From: Betaproteobacteria bacterium
GTDB lineage: Bacteria; Pseudomonadota; Gammaproteobacteria; Burkholderiales; JACQAP01
Assembly (NCBI GenBank): GCA_039931685.1
Contig: JBDTRK010000004.1
Coordinates: 426-64,425, forward strand
DNA: 64,000 nucleotides
Direction of reading: 5' to 3'
How positions within the stretch are numbered: position 1 is the first letter of the stretch; each line of letters starts with the position of its first letter. Under the pieces are notes generated by a model. The model worked only from the letters and a program-made list of their open reading frames with translations. It was not told the DNA's origin and searched no databases. Both the position numbers and the translations under genes were made by a program. Positions 1 to 9,151 of this stretch are shown piece after piece.

Positions 1-6
1 TGGCGA

Positions 7-1698
7 TCAAGCGGTGGCCAGGCGCCGATGCGCCAGCGCCGCGCCCACCGCCGCAACGACGTCCGCTTCGCCGAACGGCTTCTGGATATGTCCCTCGAAA
101 CCCGCCTCCTGCGTGCGCTGGCGCTCCGCCTCGCTTGGCATCCCGCTCATCGCCACGACGGGCGGTTTCGGTGCTGTGGATCCGCGGCGCAATTCACGGA
201 TGAACTCGTAACCGTCCATCCCGGGCATGCGCAAGTCGCACAGCACCAGGTCGGGATGCGTTTGTCCAACGACCTGCAGCGCTTCGCGACCATCGCGGGC
301 GACCGAGACCCGCGCGCCCAATTGCTCAAGGAGGGCACCAAGTATTTCGCGCGTGTCGTCCGAGTCCTCGATCACGAGCAACGACAGCCCGGCAAGCGCG
401 GCCCCGCCTTCGGCCCCATCCGTCGCGGCGGGAACCGCGGCAGCGATAGCGGGGGAGATCGCCGCGGGGATCTCGATGGGAATTGCAACGGGCAGCCGCA
501 CGACCACTTCGGTGCCGCGTCCGGCGCCGGCGCTCGTGACGGTAACCGTTCCCTTGTGAAGCTCTGTGAATTGTTTAACCAGCGCCAGGCCAATGCCGAG
601 CCCCTGGTACTCCCGGCGTATGCCCTGCTCCTGTTGGCGGAAAATGTCGAATACGAACGGCAAAAATTCCGCCGCGATGCCGACACCCGAGTCGGCGACA
701 ACAACCAGTGCATAGCCCGCTTCCCGGCGCAGACTCACGCGAATGTTTCCCGTAGCGGGCGTGAATTTGACGGCATTCGACAAGATGTTGCTGCAGACCT
801 GTTGCAACCGGGCCGGATCGCCCTCGACGAACAACGGCTCATCGGTCAACGCAACGTCGAGGCGGATCGCCTTCTTCTCGATATCCTGGGCAACTGTTTC
901 CAGTGCGGTGCGAATCAACGCCGCCAAATCGAGAATCTCGAACTCGAGCGTTACCCCGCCGCGCGAAATCCGGTTCATGTCGAGCAAATCGTCCACCATC
1001 CTGCTCTGCAAGAGCGCATTGCGCTCGATGGCTTCGGCGGCCCGGTGCACCTGTTCCAGGTTTTCGCTTTTCCTGAGCAGGGTGGCCCATCCGAGAATCG
1101 GGGTCAACGGCGTGCGCAGCTCGTGGGACAGCACGGCGAGAAATTCGTCCTTCGCAGCCGACGCGGCCTCGAGCTTCACCACGGCGGCCTCGTATTGGCG
1201 GGTGCGATAGTTCTCGCGCAGCAGGCTGTCGCCAAGGACTTGCAGCAATTCGCCGCGCAGCAGCAGTCGACGCTTGGGCAGTGGCGTCTTTTTGCGCAGA
1301 ACGTTCCAGAGCCGGTCGAAGGGCACCCCGGCGGATTTGGCCCAGCGGTGGACGGCGGTTACCTGGGAAAATCCGGCGAGCGCATATCCCGCCACCGCAG
1401 CACCCACCACCTCCCCTTCCAGCACTAGCGACGTGCCAACGGCTGTGAGGCCATGCATTCCGTCCACGACGATGGCCGGGCGGCTATGAAGCTGCTTCAG
1501 GCAGCGGCGCGCGCATTCGGCAAACAGGCCCGGGTCGAAACCGAATTCGCCAAACAAATCGACCAGCGGCGTGACGCACGTGGAGCGCAGCACCACACGC
1601 TCGTCGACGTCGAACAGGACCACGGTAAGGCCCGTGACCTCGGTATATTTGTCCAGCGCCACGATCCACAATTTGGAGTCAAGCCTGGTGGAGTTCAC
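7..1698 (-). CDS. hybrid sensor histidine kinase/response regulator, soluble, with PocR-like N-terminal sensor region
   Basis: ORF 7..1851. It has an H-box (FLAVLSHELRTPLTPI), ATP-binding boxes (NAVKFT, ADSGVGI, GLGIGLALV) and a C-terminal receiver (LLVIEDSDDTREI...DLVLCDLRMPGMDGYEF). The ATG at 1851 would overlap the upstream kaiC-like gene by 121 nt. The in-frame GTG at 1698 (VNSTRLDSKLW...) is the likelier start. The PocR-like call for the N-terminal ~200 aa (Cys pair FAECARRC) is weaker. Confidence 0.85.
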   Translation of the reverse strand: MNSTRLDSKLWIVALDKYTEVTGLTVVLFDVDERVVLRSTCVTPLVDLFGEFGFDPGLFAECARRCLKQLHSRPAIVVDGMHGLTAVGTSLVLEGEVVGAAVAGYALAGFSQVTAVHRWAKSAGVPFDRLWNVLRKKTPLPKRRLLLRGELLQVLGDSLLRENYRTRQYEAAVVKLEAASAAKDEFLAVLSHELRTPLTPILGWATLLRKSENLEQVHRAAEAIERNALLQSRMVDDLLDMNRISRGGVTLEFEILDLAALIRTALETVAQDIEKKAIRLDVALTDEPLFVEGDPARLQQVCSNILSNAVKFTPATGNIRVSLRREAGYALVVVADSGVGIAAEFLPFVFDIFRQQEQGIRREYQGLGIGLALVKQFTELHKGTVTVTSAGAGRGTEVVVRLPVAIPIEIPAAISPAIAAAVPAATDGAEGGAALAGLSLLVIEDSDDTREILGALLEQLGARVSVARDGREALQVVGQTHPDLVLCDLRMPGMDGYEFIRELRRGSTAPKPPVVAMSGMPSEAERQRTQEAGFEGHIQKPFGEADVVAAVGAALAHRRLATA

Positions 1699-1730
1699 GC
1701 GGGCGCCTGTGCTTTCTTTTGCGAAGGCGC

Positions 1731-3233
1731 CTATAAGCGCGAGGGCGAGCGGGAGATCAGGCTGTGATAGCCGGAAAAAGCCATCTTGACGACCGAGGCG
1801 GCCAGTTCCCGCGGCAGCACGCGCATGCCCTCTCCGTCCACGACTTCGCACTCATGACTCACGCGACTGCACGGGTTCGAGCGCATCTTCCCGACCGTCA
1901 AAGCGGTGCGCAGCGTATCGCCGAGTTCGACGAAGTTCAGCAGCAGGATATTGTCCACCAGCGAGCTCATGGCGAAGTCCCCCATCATCGAGGACATGCC
2001 CAGCATCTCCGGATTCTCGTGGTTGTAGACGGCCGCGATCTGGTGCTCCTTCATCAGCGCGATCAGCGCATGAAAAAAGTCGCGGAACACGCGGCCCTGC
2101 GTGCCCAAAGCGGAGCCATAGGTCGACAGGCTGTCGATCACCACGCGCCTGGGCTTGAACTCCAGGATGATTTTCTCGATCTCGTGGAAATGGTGATCGA
2201 CCTCGATTTCCTGCGGCGCGTTGTAGTACAGGCGCACCATGCCCTGATCGATCGCCGGCTCCAGATCGATGCCGACGCTTGCCGCATTGCGCAGCAACTG
2301 CGGGACCTGCTCATCGAGCGACAGCATCATGCTGCGCTCGCCGCGCCGCGCGCCTTCCGCGATGTAGTGCAGGGCAATGACGCTTTTCCCGACGCCCGAC
2401 ATGCCTGCGAGCACGGTCGTGCTGCCGAGAAAATAACCGCCGTTGACCAGCTCGTCGAGCCCGGGCACGCCGGTGGACACGCGCGTCGTCGGATCGAAGG
2501 CCGCGGCGCGATCGCGGCTCGGCGCGCGAGGCGCCTGCACGCGCCGGTATACCTGGATGCCTTCCCCGTTGATGATCCTGAAGGAATGGCGGCCCATCTG
2601 GAAATCATGGCCGCGCGATTTGACGATCTCGATCGAGCGCACTCCGGCGCGCATCACATCCTCCAATTTGAGCCTGATGACGGTATCCGCGATCGATTCC
2701 TCGTGCAGCGCGCCAAATTCGCCGCCGTTCAGCGCGGCCGCCTCGAGGGCCAGCACGGCAGTCAGGTTTTCGCGTTGCAGGGCCTGAACCAGCGTGTGGA
2801 AACTCTCCCGGGAATTCGGATCTGTGTCGGACCCGAGCAGACCCGCAGCGCCGTCAATGAAAATCCGCTTTGCGCAAATTTTGCTCGCCTCGTCGAGAAG
2901 CAGGCTGTCGCACTGCTGCAGTTCCTGGCGAAACACTTCGCGCGTCGTGTAGATGACTTTCAGCAGCCCGCGACGCTCCAACTCCAGCAGGTCGCATCCC
3001 AGTCCGGCGGCATCCCGCGCCAGTTTTTCGGGCGACACCTCGAATACCACGATCACGCCAGGTTCGGCGAAATTCATTGCGCCGCGGTAGACGAATTCCA
3101 TTCCCATCGTGGTCTTCCCGGTGCCGATGGCACCTTCGATCAGGATCACGTTGCCGCGCGGAATACCGCCGGAAAGAATGGTGTCGAAGCCACGGATGCC
3201 GGTTGGGATAAGTTCCGTTTTCTGCTCGTCCAT
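1731..3233 (-). CDS. KaiC-like double RecA-fold ATPase
   Basis: 500-aa ORF made of two tandem RecA/KaiC-type halves. Each half has its own Walker A loop (GAIGTGKTT near aa 35, GMSGVGKSV near aa 287) and a Walker-B-like strand (RIFIDG, RVVIDSLS). The length and the internal duplication match the KaiC family. Confidence 0.9.
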   Translation of the reverse strand: MDEQKTELIPTGIRGFDTILSGGIPRGNVILIEGAIGTGKTTMGMEFVYRGAMNFAEPGVIVVFEVSPEKLARDAAGLGCDLLELERRGLLKVIYTTREVFRQELQQCDSLLLDEASKICAKRIFIDGAAGLLGSDTDPNSRESFHTLVQALQRENLTAVLALEAAALNGGEFGALHEESIADTVIRLKLEDVMRAGVRSIEIVKSRGHDFQMGRHSFRIINGEGIQVYRRVQAPRAPSRDRAAAFDPTTRVSTGVPGLDELVNGGYFLGSTTVLAGMSGVGKSVIALHYIAEGARRGERSMMLSLDEQVPQLLRNAASVGIDLEPAIDQGMVRLYYNAPQEIEVDHHFHEIEKIILEFKPRRVVIDSLSTYGSALGTQGRVFRDFFHALIALMKEHQIAAVYNHENPEMLGMSSMMGDFAMSSLVDNILLLNFVELGDTLRTALTVGKMRSNPCSRVSHECEVVDGEGMRVLPRELAASVVKMAFSGYHSLISRSPSRL

Positions 3234-3251
3234 GGCATGTTCCCCTCAAGG

Positions 3252-3650
3252 TCAGGCGTTACTGGTGACGGACGCGCGCTGCGGCCGGCCGACGTCGGCC
3301 CTGTCAGTGCCTGCGGTTCGCAGCAGACGCATCAGATCCTGGCGGCCCTGGCGTGTTGCGGCAATTTTCATGAATTGCGACATCAATCCGTCCGGAACAG
3401 CACCCCACTGCAGGACATACATGCGAGCGGGCCGCGCAGCATTTTGCAAGGATGTCAACAAGCGGGCATCGATCAACTGATCGAGAGACTGCGCGACCTT
3501 ATCGCGTTCGTATCCGAGCCAGTCGGCGATGCGTTCGCTGGTCAACAGCGCGCGCGGGTGCCGATGGAAGAACAGCAGCAAATCGAGGTCGCAGGTGTGG
3601 CGGACGGCTGTCATGCGACTGAGCATCGACTGCAGTTCATGCGCGTCCAT
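3252..3650 (-). CDS. small winged-helix-like protein, first gene of the kaiC-like operon
   Basis: The ORF runs to 3800, but the ATG at 3650 (MDAHELQSML...) leaves room for the divergent promoter. It contains an HTH-like stretch (SERIADWLGYERDKVAQSLDQLIDARLL). Its stop lies 18 nt upstream of the kaiC-like ATG. The family was not recognised with certainty. Confidence 0.55.
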   Translation of the reverse strand: MDAHELQSMLSRMTAVRHTCDLDLLLFFHRHPRALLTSERIADWLGYERDKVAQSLDQLIDARLLTSLQNAARPARMYVLQWGAVPDGLMSQFMKIAATRQGRQDLMRLLRTAGTDRADVGRPQRASVTSNA

Positions 3651-3772
3651 ATGCGTCGCACCGGGGGGGCTGAAGTGTAATATCGTTATGCTAGGCTTGA
3701 GCAAGATAACAGGCACGATGCAGTAGTGCGCCGATAGGACTATAGAGGGCTTGAACAGATCGGAACCCAGCC

Positions 3773-4174
3773 ATGGACGATGCGATAGCGAAAATGACAA
3801 AGACCATCCTGGTCGTCGACGACCATCCGGACATCCGTTCGTTCATCAGTGCCGCCCTCGAGGCGGCGGGCTATCAGGTGCGGACGGCGGAGGACGGCGT
3901 CCAGGCGCTCGTGCGCCAACGCGAACACCCCGCGGACCTGCTCATCACCGACATCTTCATGCCGGAACAGGATGGGTTCGAGACGATCTCACGCTGCAGG
4001 GCCGAGTTCCCGCGTACGCGGATCATCGTCATGTCCGCCGGCGGCAGCAGCCTCATGAAGCAGGACTACCTTGCCACGGCAAACCTGCTGGACATCGACG
4101 CAACGCTGCGCAAGCCGTTCGATGTGGGGACGCTTCTCGAAACCGTTCGCGGCGCGCTGCAAGCACCCCAGTAA
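3773..4174 (+). CDS. single-domain CheY-like response regulator
   Basis: Receiver motifs: ILVVDDHPDIRSF, LLITDIFMPEQDGFE, IIVMSAGG, LRKPF. There is no output domain. An alternative start is the ATG at 3794 (MTKTIL). Confidence 0.9.
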   Translation: MDDAIAKMTKTILVVDDHPDIRSFISAALEAAGYQVRTAEDGVQALVRQREHPADLLITDIFMPEQDGFETISRCRAEFPRTRIIVMSAGGSSLMKQDYLATANLLDIDATLRKPFDVGTLLETVRGALQAPQ

Positions 4175-4283
4175 TACGACCCCGAGACCGAGGGGTGATT
4201 TTTCCGGCACGCCACAGCGCTCGGTCGCTGTGGTTCCCCTGGCCCAATGCCGGTACCGCAAACGGAAGAATCTTGCCGCGGCG

Positions 4284-5435
4284 TCAGGCCGCTTTCGGAA
4301 TATCGCCATCCACTGCCGCCTGCGTTCCCGGCAACGTAAAGCGGAACGTCGAGCCGAGCCGTTCCCGGCTTTCGACGCTCACCGTACCGCCGTGTGCTTC
4401 GACCAGCACCTTGACGATGGCGAGACCCAGGCCGGAGCTTCCCTCCTTCTGCCCATCCGTCTGCAGTTTGTCGAACACTGTTTCAAGACGATCCGCGGGG
4501 ATTCCCGTGCCGTCGTCGCTGACCCGGCACTCGACCTTGCCCTGAGCGTCAAGCTGCCTTGCCCCCACGCTGATCTTGCCGTGCGGTGTGTGCGCAATGG
4601 CGTTGGCGATGAGATTCTGAAAAACCCGCCGCAACGCGCTTGCATCCGCATAAACCGTCAGATCGTCGGGGACCTCGTTCGTCAGTTGCGTGCTGGCAGT
4701 CCCGGCCACCGGATGCAGGTCGCGCATCAGGACCTCGACGAGCGGCCACAAATCAAACACGCGCCGCTCGAGTTTGACGCCGGCCTGGGTGAGCAGGTTC
4801 GTGTGCTCCTCGATCACCTTGACCACCAGCCCATCGAGCTGCTGCACATTGCGGCGGAGCGTTTTTAACATGCGGATACTGTCGGCCCCCGCGCCTTGCT
4901 CCGGGAGCCTGGACTCCAGAACGCTCGAAGCCAGTGAAATGGCCGTCAGCGGCGTGCGTAGATCGTGCGCCACGAAAGCCAGATACTCATCCCGGCGCTG
5001 CTGGACTTCGAACGCCCTCTGTGTCGCATATGCCTTCACGGCCATGCCGATCGCCCCGTCCAGGACACGATTCAGGATGTGAAAGGATTTGCCCCGCAGG
5101 ATCAATCCGTCGCCTTCGGCCAGATCGTGGATGCAGCCGCGCAGGATGTTGTACTCCGCAACGACTTCTTCGATATCGAAGCCGTCCTGCAGACGCTGCA
5201 AACCATGGGCGGGTGGACTGCCATCGCTGATCGCTTCCGGGATGGTCTGGTCGGACCCCGAGCGGAGCGCGATGGCCAACTCGTCGATGAGTTCAGGCAC
5301 GTGATCGTTGAGGGTCGGCGCATCGAGCCCCTGCGCCGAGGGAAGCGCCCTGACCTGCTGCCGCCAGCTCGCGAACAGGATATCGCGCTTCTGCTTGATG
5401 AGCGCGGCCAGTTTGTCGACATCGGTAGACGGCAT
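4284..5435 (-). CDS. soluble sensor histidine kinase with RsbRD_N-like N-terminal domain
   Basis: H-box FVAHDLRTPLTAI; N, G1 and G2 boxes (NLIANAIAHT, DDGTGIP, GSSGLGLAIV). The N-terminus (KLAALIKQKRDILFASWRQQVR...HVPELIDELA) resembles the RsbR-co-antagonist N-terminal domain. The ATG at 5435 is preceded by GGGAGTGGAA. The ORF-track start is 5543. Confidence 0.85.
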   Translation of the reverse strand: MPSTDVDKLAALIKQKRDILFASWRQQVRALPSAQGLDAPTLNDHVPELIDELAIALRSGSDQTIPEAISDGSPPAHGLQRLQDGFDIEEVVAEYNILRGCIHDLAEGDGLILRGKSFHILNRVLDGAIGMAVKAYATQRAFEVQQRRDEYLAFVAHDLRTPLTAISLASSVLESRLPEQGAGADSIRMLKTLRRNVQQLDGLVVKVIEEHTNLLTQAGVKLERRVFDLWPLVEVLMRDLHPVAGTASTQLTNEVPDDLTVYADASALRRVFQNLIANAIAHTPHGKISVGARQLDAQGKVECRVSDDGTGIPADRLETVFDKLQTDGQKEGSSGLGLAIVKVLVEAHGGTVSVESRERLGSTFRFTLPGTQAAVDGDIPKAA

Positions 5436-5624
5436 TTCCACTCCCACTTCGGTCTGAATTGGCGAAGCTCCGGCGGCCGGACGATCGTGCGGATCAACGG
5501 TGCAATGCCGAGAATACCAAGCATCCCGGCGCATTGCGCGCATCCGGCCATAGTCTGGCCGGACTACTGCGGCAAGCCGTCCCCAACGTCGCTCAGGCGT
5601 CTACTGGATTGATGCAACCAACCG

Positions 5625-6827
5625 ATGCGCCTAGCCTTGTGCAATGACGAGATCCGACCTGGCCAGGGTCCGGATGACGCGCGCGCAACCGATGCAGAGA
5701 CCATGTCCGAATCCTTGGGTGACCCTGCGGCCCTGACCAGCCGACCGGACGCCGGCAACGACATCGACGTCGAGGAACTGGTTCGTCTTCGCGCCGTCAG
5801 GCGCTACGAAGTGCTGGACACCCCGTCGGATGAAACGTTCGACCGCATTACCGCCCTCACCGCAAGGCTGCTGCAGGTGCCGATCGGGCTCATCAGCATT
5901 GTCGACTCCGACCGGGTCTGGTTCATGTCGCACCATGGCCTGGATACCCGCGAAGTGCCTAGAGACGCAACCCCATCCCCGACCCTTTTCCTGCACCCGG
6001 AGCCGTGGATCGTGAACGACGCAAGGCTCGATCCGCGCACCTCTTCGAATGCGCTGGTCACCGGCGACCTCAAACTGCGCTTCTACGCTGCCGCGCCGTT
6101 GATGACGAACGACGGCTACAACCTCGGCGCGCTGTGCGCAATCGACGAACAACCGCACCAGATCAGCCCGATGAATCTCGCTGTCCTGCAAGACCTCGCC
6201 GCACTGGTCATGCACGAAATGGAATTGCGACTCGAAATCCGCTGCGCCCTGAAAATGGACGACACCCTTCTGCAGCGGTCGCGGGTGGAAAAGCGGCACG
6301 CCGAATACCTTGCCAAGCACGATGCGCTTACCGGCCTGGGAAACCGCCGCAAGCTCAACGAGAACTTCACCGTGGAGATCAACCGGCTGCGGCGCCACGG
6401 CGGCAGCCTGTGCGTGCTGATTGCCGACATCGACCACTTCAAGAAGATCAACGACAGCCATGGCCATGCCATGGGCGACGAAGTTCTCGCACGGCTCGGC
6501 GAATTGCTGTGCCAGCAGATGCGCCCGACCGATACGGCAGCCAGGATCGGCGGCGAAGAATTCGTGGTGCTGATGCCCCATACCAAAGTCCGCGAAGCGC
6601 TGGCGACGGCGGAGCGCTTCAGGGCCGCCATGGTAAAAGCCGCGTTCGGCTCGTTGAAGGAGTCCGTCACCGTCAGCATCGGCGTCGCCGAACTGCAGGA
6701 TGACGAGGATGGCGATGCCCTTCTGCGCCGCGCCGATCATGCCCTGTATGCCGCGAAGCGCGCCGGGCGCAACCAGGTCGTGGCAGCGGAATCAGGCGAG
6801 ATCGGGATTGCCCCGGAGACAGGATAA
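5625..6827 (+). CDS. GAF domain-containing diguanylate cyclase (GGDEF)
   Basis: GAF-type N-terminus (RRYEVLDTPSDETFDRITALTARLLQVPIGLISIVDSDRVWFMSHHG) and a GGDEF domain with an intact active site (RIGGEEFVVLM) plus DALTGLGNRR. The start may instead be the internal ATG at 5703. Confidence 0.9.
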   Translation: MRLALCNDEIRPGQGPDDARATDAETMSESLGDPAALTSRPDAGNDIDVEELVRLRAVRRYEVLDTPSDETFDRITALTARLLQVPIGLISIVDSDRVWFMSHHGLDTREVPRDATPSPTLFLHPEPWIVNDARLDPRTSSNALVTGDLKLRFYAAAPLMTNDGYNLGALCAIDEQPHQISPMNLAVLQDLAALVMHEMELRLEIRCALKMDDTLLQRSRVEKRHAEYLAKHDALTGLGNRRKLNENFTVEINRLRRHGGSLCVLIADIDHFKKINDSHGHAMGDEVLARLGELLCQQMRPTDTAARIGGEEFVVLMPHTKVREALATAERFRAAMVKAAFGSLKESVTVSIGVAELQDDEDGDALLRRADHALYAAKRAGRNQVVAAESGEIGIAPETG

Positions 6828-7078
6828 CGAATTCGCGCATTCGACGATCGCGAGCCAGTTCAGTGGGAACTGGCGCGACGAAAGGAGGATCGCCGCGCCA
6901 GCATTGCGCCCGCAATGGCCTGCGGTTACGAGTCCGCAGTTGGAAGCAGCCCCATCAAGGAAACGCGTTACCCAGGCTGCAGAACCAGACTAGCGCAGCC
7001 GGACCATCGCTGGTATCGGTCAGTTAACTGATTTGAGCCCCGAGCAACACCCGCCAGAGGCCCGCCGCAAGGCCTGAC

Positions 7079-7768
7079 TTACGATTCCGCCACCCAGGGC
7101 GCCGGACTGCGGCCCTGCATGTTGCCGAAGTCGCCATGCAGTTCAATGTGCACCAGTCCCCGTTGGATGGCATAGCGCACCAGTCCGACCACGTCATGAA
7201 TATTCAGCTTCTTCATGATGTGGTTGCGGTGCGTCTCTGCGGTCTTGAAACTGATGTTCAGGAGCTTTGCGGCCTCCTTTGTGGCGCTGCCTTCGGCAAT
7301 GAGTTGCAGCACCTGACGCTCGCGCGGGGTCAGCGGATCGGGTGGCGCAGTGGTCTTTTCGAGATAGGCATCCACTACCGACGCGGCGACCCCCGGGCTG
7401 AGGTAGACCTCTCCGCGGAATATCTCGCGAATGGCGCGAAGCAGGTCGTCGGCCGCCTGGGACTTCAGCACGTAGCCCTTTGCGCCGACCTTCAGCGCCT
7501 GCAGGACGTAGCCCTTGTCGGGATACATGGTCAGAATGACCGTCTTGATCTCGGGTGACAGGCTGTGGATTTCGCGGGCAGTATCCAGCCCGTTCAGCAG
7601 CGGCATGGAAAGATCGAGCACCGCAATCTCGGGATTCAGGGTACGCGCGAGTTTAAGCGCCTCATGGCCGTCGGCCGCCTCGCCCACAACCACGTGACCA
7701 GCCTTTTCCAGGATGCCGCGCAATCCCTGGCGAACAATCTGGTGGTCATCTGCCAAAAGTATCCGCAT
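7079..7768 (-). CDS. NarL/FixJ-family response regulator (receiver + LuxR-type HTH)
   Basis: MRILLADDHQIVRQGL...VLDLSMPLLNG, followed by LTPRERQVLQLIAEGSATKEAAKLLNISFKTAETHR. The ATG at 7768 lies 1 nt from the upstream kinase stop (7770-7772). Confidence 0.92.
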   Translation of the reverse strand: MRILLADDHQIVRQGLRGILEKAGHVVVGEAADGHEALKLARTLNPEIAVLDLSMPLLNGLDTAREIHSLSPEIKTVILTMYPDKGYVLQALKVGAKGYVLKSQAADDLLRAIREIFRGEVYLSPGVAASVVDAYLEKTTAPPDPLTPRERQVLQLIAEGSATKEAAKLLNISFKTAETHRNHIMKKLNIHDVVGLVRYAIQRGLVHIELHGDFGNMQGRSPAPWVAES

Positions 7769-7769
7769 T

Positions 7770-8753
7770 TCAGTCTCCGAGAGGGATGTCTGCCTGAATG
7801 GTCGTGCCATTCAAAGGTCCGGTGATTATTCGCAGCGCCCCGCCCAGGGTACTGACGCGTTCGCGGATTCCGGTCAACCCCAGTCCTTGCGGCTGCCGGT
7901 TCGCGTCGAAGCCCTTGCCATTGTCGCGAATGCTGCACCTCACCCCGGCAGGCAGGCGTCGCAATTCGATGTGGACCGAACCGGCAGCCGCGTGCTTGAC
8001 CGCATTGTTCAGGGCCTCCTGCACGATCCGGTACAGTGCCGATTCCACGGTGGTCGGCAGTCGCGCACCGTCGTCCCCGATGACGGACACGCCGATCCCG
8101 GTGCGCCTGGCTATCTGCTCGCCGAGAAACTCGAGGGCGGGAAGCAGTCCCAGATTGTCCAGGACAGTGGGACGCCATTCGTGCGACAGGTTGCGCAACC
8201 CGGCCTCGATCTGCGTGAGCAGTCCGCCGACCATTTTGAAACGTCCGCGTTGTTTGGGCGGAAGCTCGCTGGCGATGTCCGCCACCGCGATATGCACCGA
8301 CGCAAGCAACTGGCCGGCCTCGTCGTGCAAGACCTGCGCAACCCGCCGCAGTTCGCCTTCCAGAACCTCGTTCAGGTGGCGCAGCGCCCGCGCACCCTCC
8401 TGCGCGCCGCGGTGGCTCATCTCGAAGGGCGCGAGGCACTCGGCGAAGAAATCGCCTGCAGCCCGCAACGTGCGGGCGTCGGGAGGCGATTCCGCCGAGA
8501 GTCGTCGCAACGCCAGATGGTGGATTTCAGCCAGTTCGAGTACGCCACAGTCGTCCACCAGGGCCTGCCGGGCCAACTCGTATCCGCGACTCAGCGACGC
8601 CTCGCTGCCGTCCGCGAGGAACGACCGGAGGCTCTCCCGGTAGCGCGTGGCGAGCGTGGCATCCACGTCCTGCGCGACATGCTGCTCGCCGGATTCGCGT
8701 TCGCCGCGCAGTGACTGGGGCGCCGTTTTCCTTTCCAGCATCGTAACGCTCAT
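7770..8753 (-). CDS. soluble HisKA_3-type histidine kinase with RsbU_N-like N-terminal domain
   Basis: HisKA_3 H-box (VLHDEAGQLLASVHIAV); HATPase boxes (EALNNAVKHA, DNGKGF, GLGLTGIRERV). The N-terminal ~90 aa (SLRSFLADGSEASLSRGYELARQALVDDCGVLELAEIHHLALRRL) resemble the RsbU N-terminal domain. The ATG at 8753 overlaps the upstream stop as ATGA. Confidence 0.85.
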   Translation of the reverse strand: MSVTMLERKTAPQSLRGERESGEQHVAQDVDATLATRYRESLRSFLADGSEASLSRGYELARQALVDDCGVLELAEIHHLALRRLSAESPPDARTLRAAGDFFAECLAPFEMSHRGAQEGARALRHLNEVLEGELRRVAQVLHDEAGQLLASVHIAVADIASELPPKQRGRFKMVGGLLTQIEAGLRNLSHEWRPTVLDNLGLLPALEFLGEQIARRTGIGVSVIGDDGARLPTTVESALYRIVQEALNNAVKHAAAGSVHIELRRLPAGVRCSIRDNGKGFDANRQPQGLGLTGIRERVSTLGGALRIITGPLNGTTIQADIPLGD

Positions 8754-9151
8754 CGCCGCCTCCATTTCGTCACGGTAACGGCCGTGCCGCGCCCGCACTC
8801 CGAGGTGATGGCGAATTCGTCCATGATGCGCTTGATGCCAGACAGGCCGAGTGCGATGCCGCCCGCCGCTGAATAGCCCACTTGTGCCGCGAGATCGATG
8901 TCGGCGATGCGCGGTCCCTGGTCCACGGCAATGACGGTCATTCCGCTCTTGGCGCCCTCGTTGGCCATGCTGAGATAGATTTCACCCTGGCACGCGTAAA
9001 TGAAGATATTGCGGACCAGTTCGGTGATGGCCGTTGCGACGAGTGTCGCTTCGCATGCCGAGAACCCGAGCTGCACCGCCATGTCCCGCCCCTCGCGCCG
9101 CGCGGTTACCAGGTCGTGGCCCGACGACACCGGCACGCACACTTCCTGCAT
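8750..9151 (-). CDS. RsbT/RsbW/SpoIIAB-like anti-sigma-type serine protein kinase (HATPase_c_2)
   Basis: About 133 aa. Motifs: TAITELVRNIFIYA (N-box-like), IAVDQGPRIADIDLA, GGIALGLSGIKRIMDEF. Starts at 9151 (MQEV..., AGGA-like RBS), 9175 or 9247 are all possible. Confidence 0.75.
   Translation of the reverse strand: MQEVCVPVSSGHDLVTARREGRDMAVQLGFSACEATLVATAITELVRNIFIYACQGEIYLSMANEGAKSGMTVIAVDQGPRIADIDLAAQVGYSAAGGIALGLSGIKRIMDEFAITSECGRGTAVTVTKWRRR

Noticed and set aside
3663-3669. G7 run in the divergent promoter region between the wHTH-like gene and the CheY-like gene. Also G7 at 24415-24421 and C7 at 63262-63268.
   Set aside because: Runs of 7 are not exceptional in DNA of this G+C content. 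Unlike the C10 tract, there is no clear on/off consequence. They are noted only as possible secondary slippage sites.
1764-3680. 638-aa plus-strand ORF across the kaiC-like gene, and similar ORFs (28..1428, 5631..6740, 38760..39707, 45580..46740, 46893..48077, 49475..50737, 55259..56098).
   Set aside because: All lie antisense to, or out of frame with, genes that have clear family motifs. Their composition is typical of GC-rich non-coding frames.
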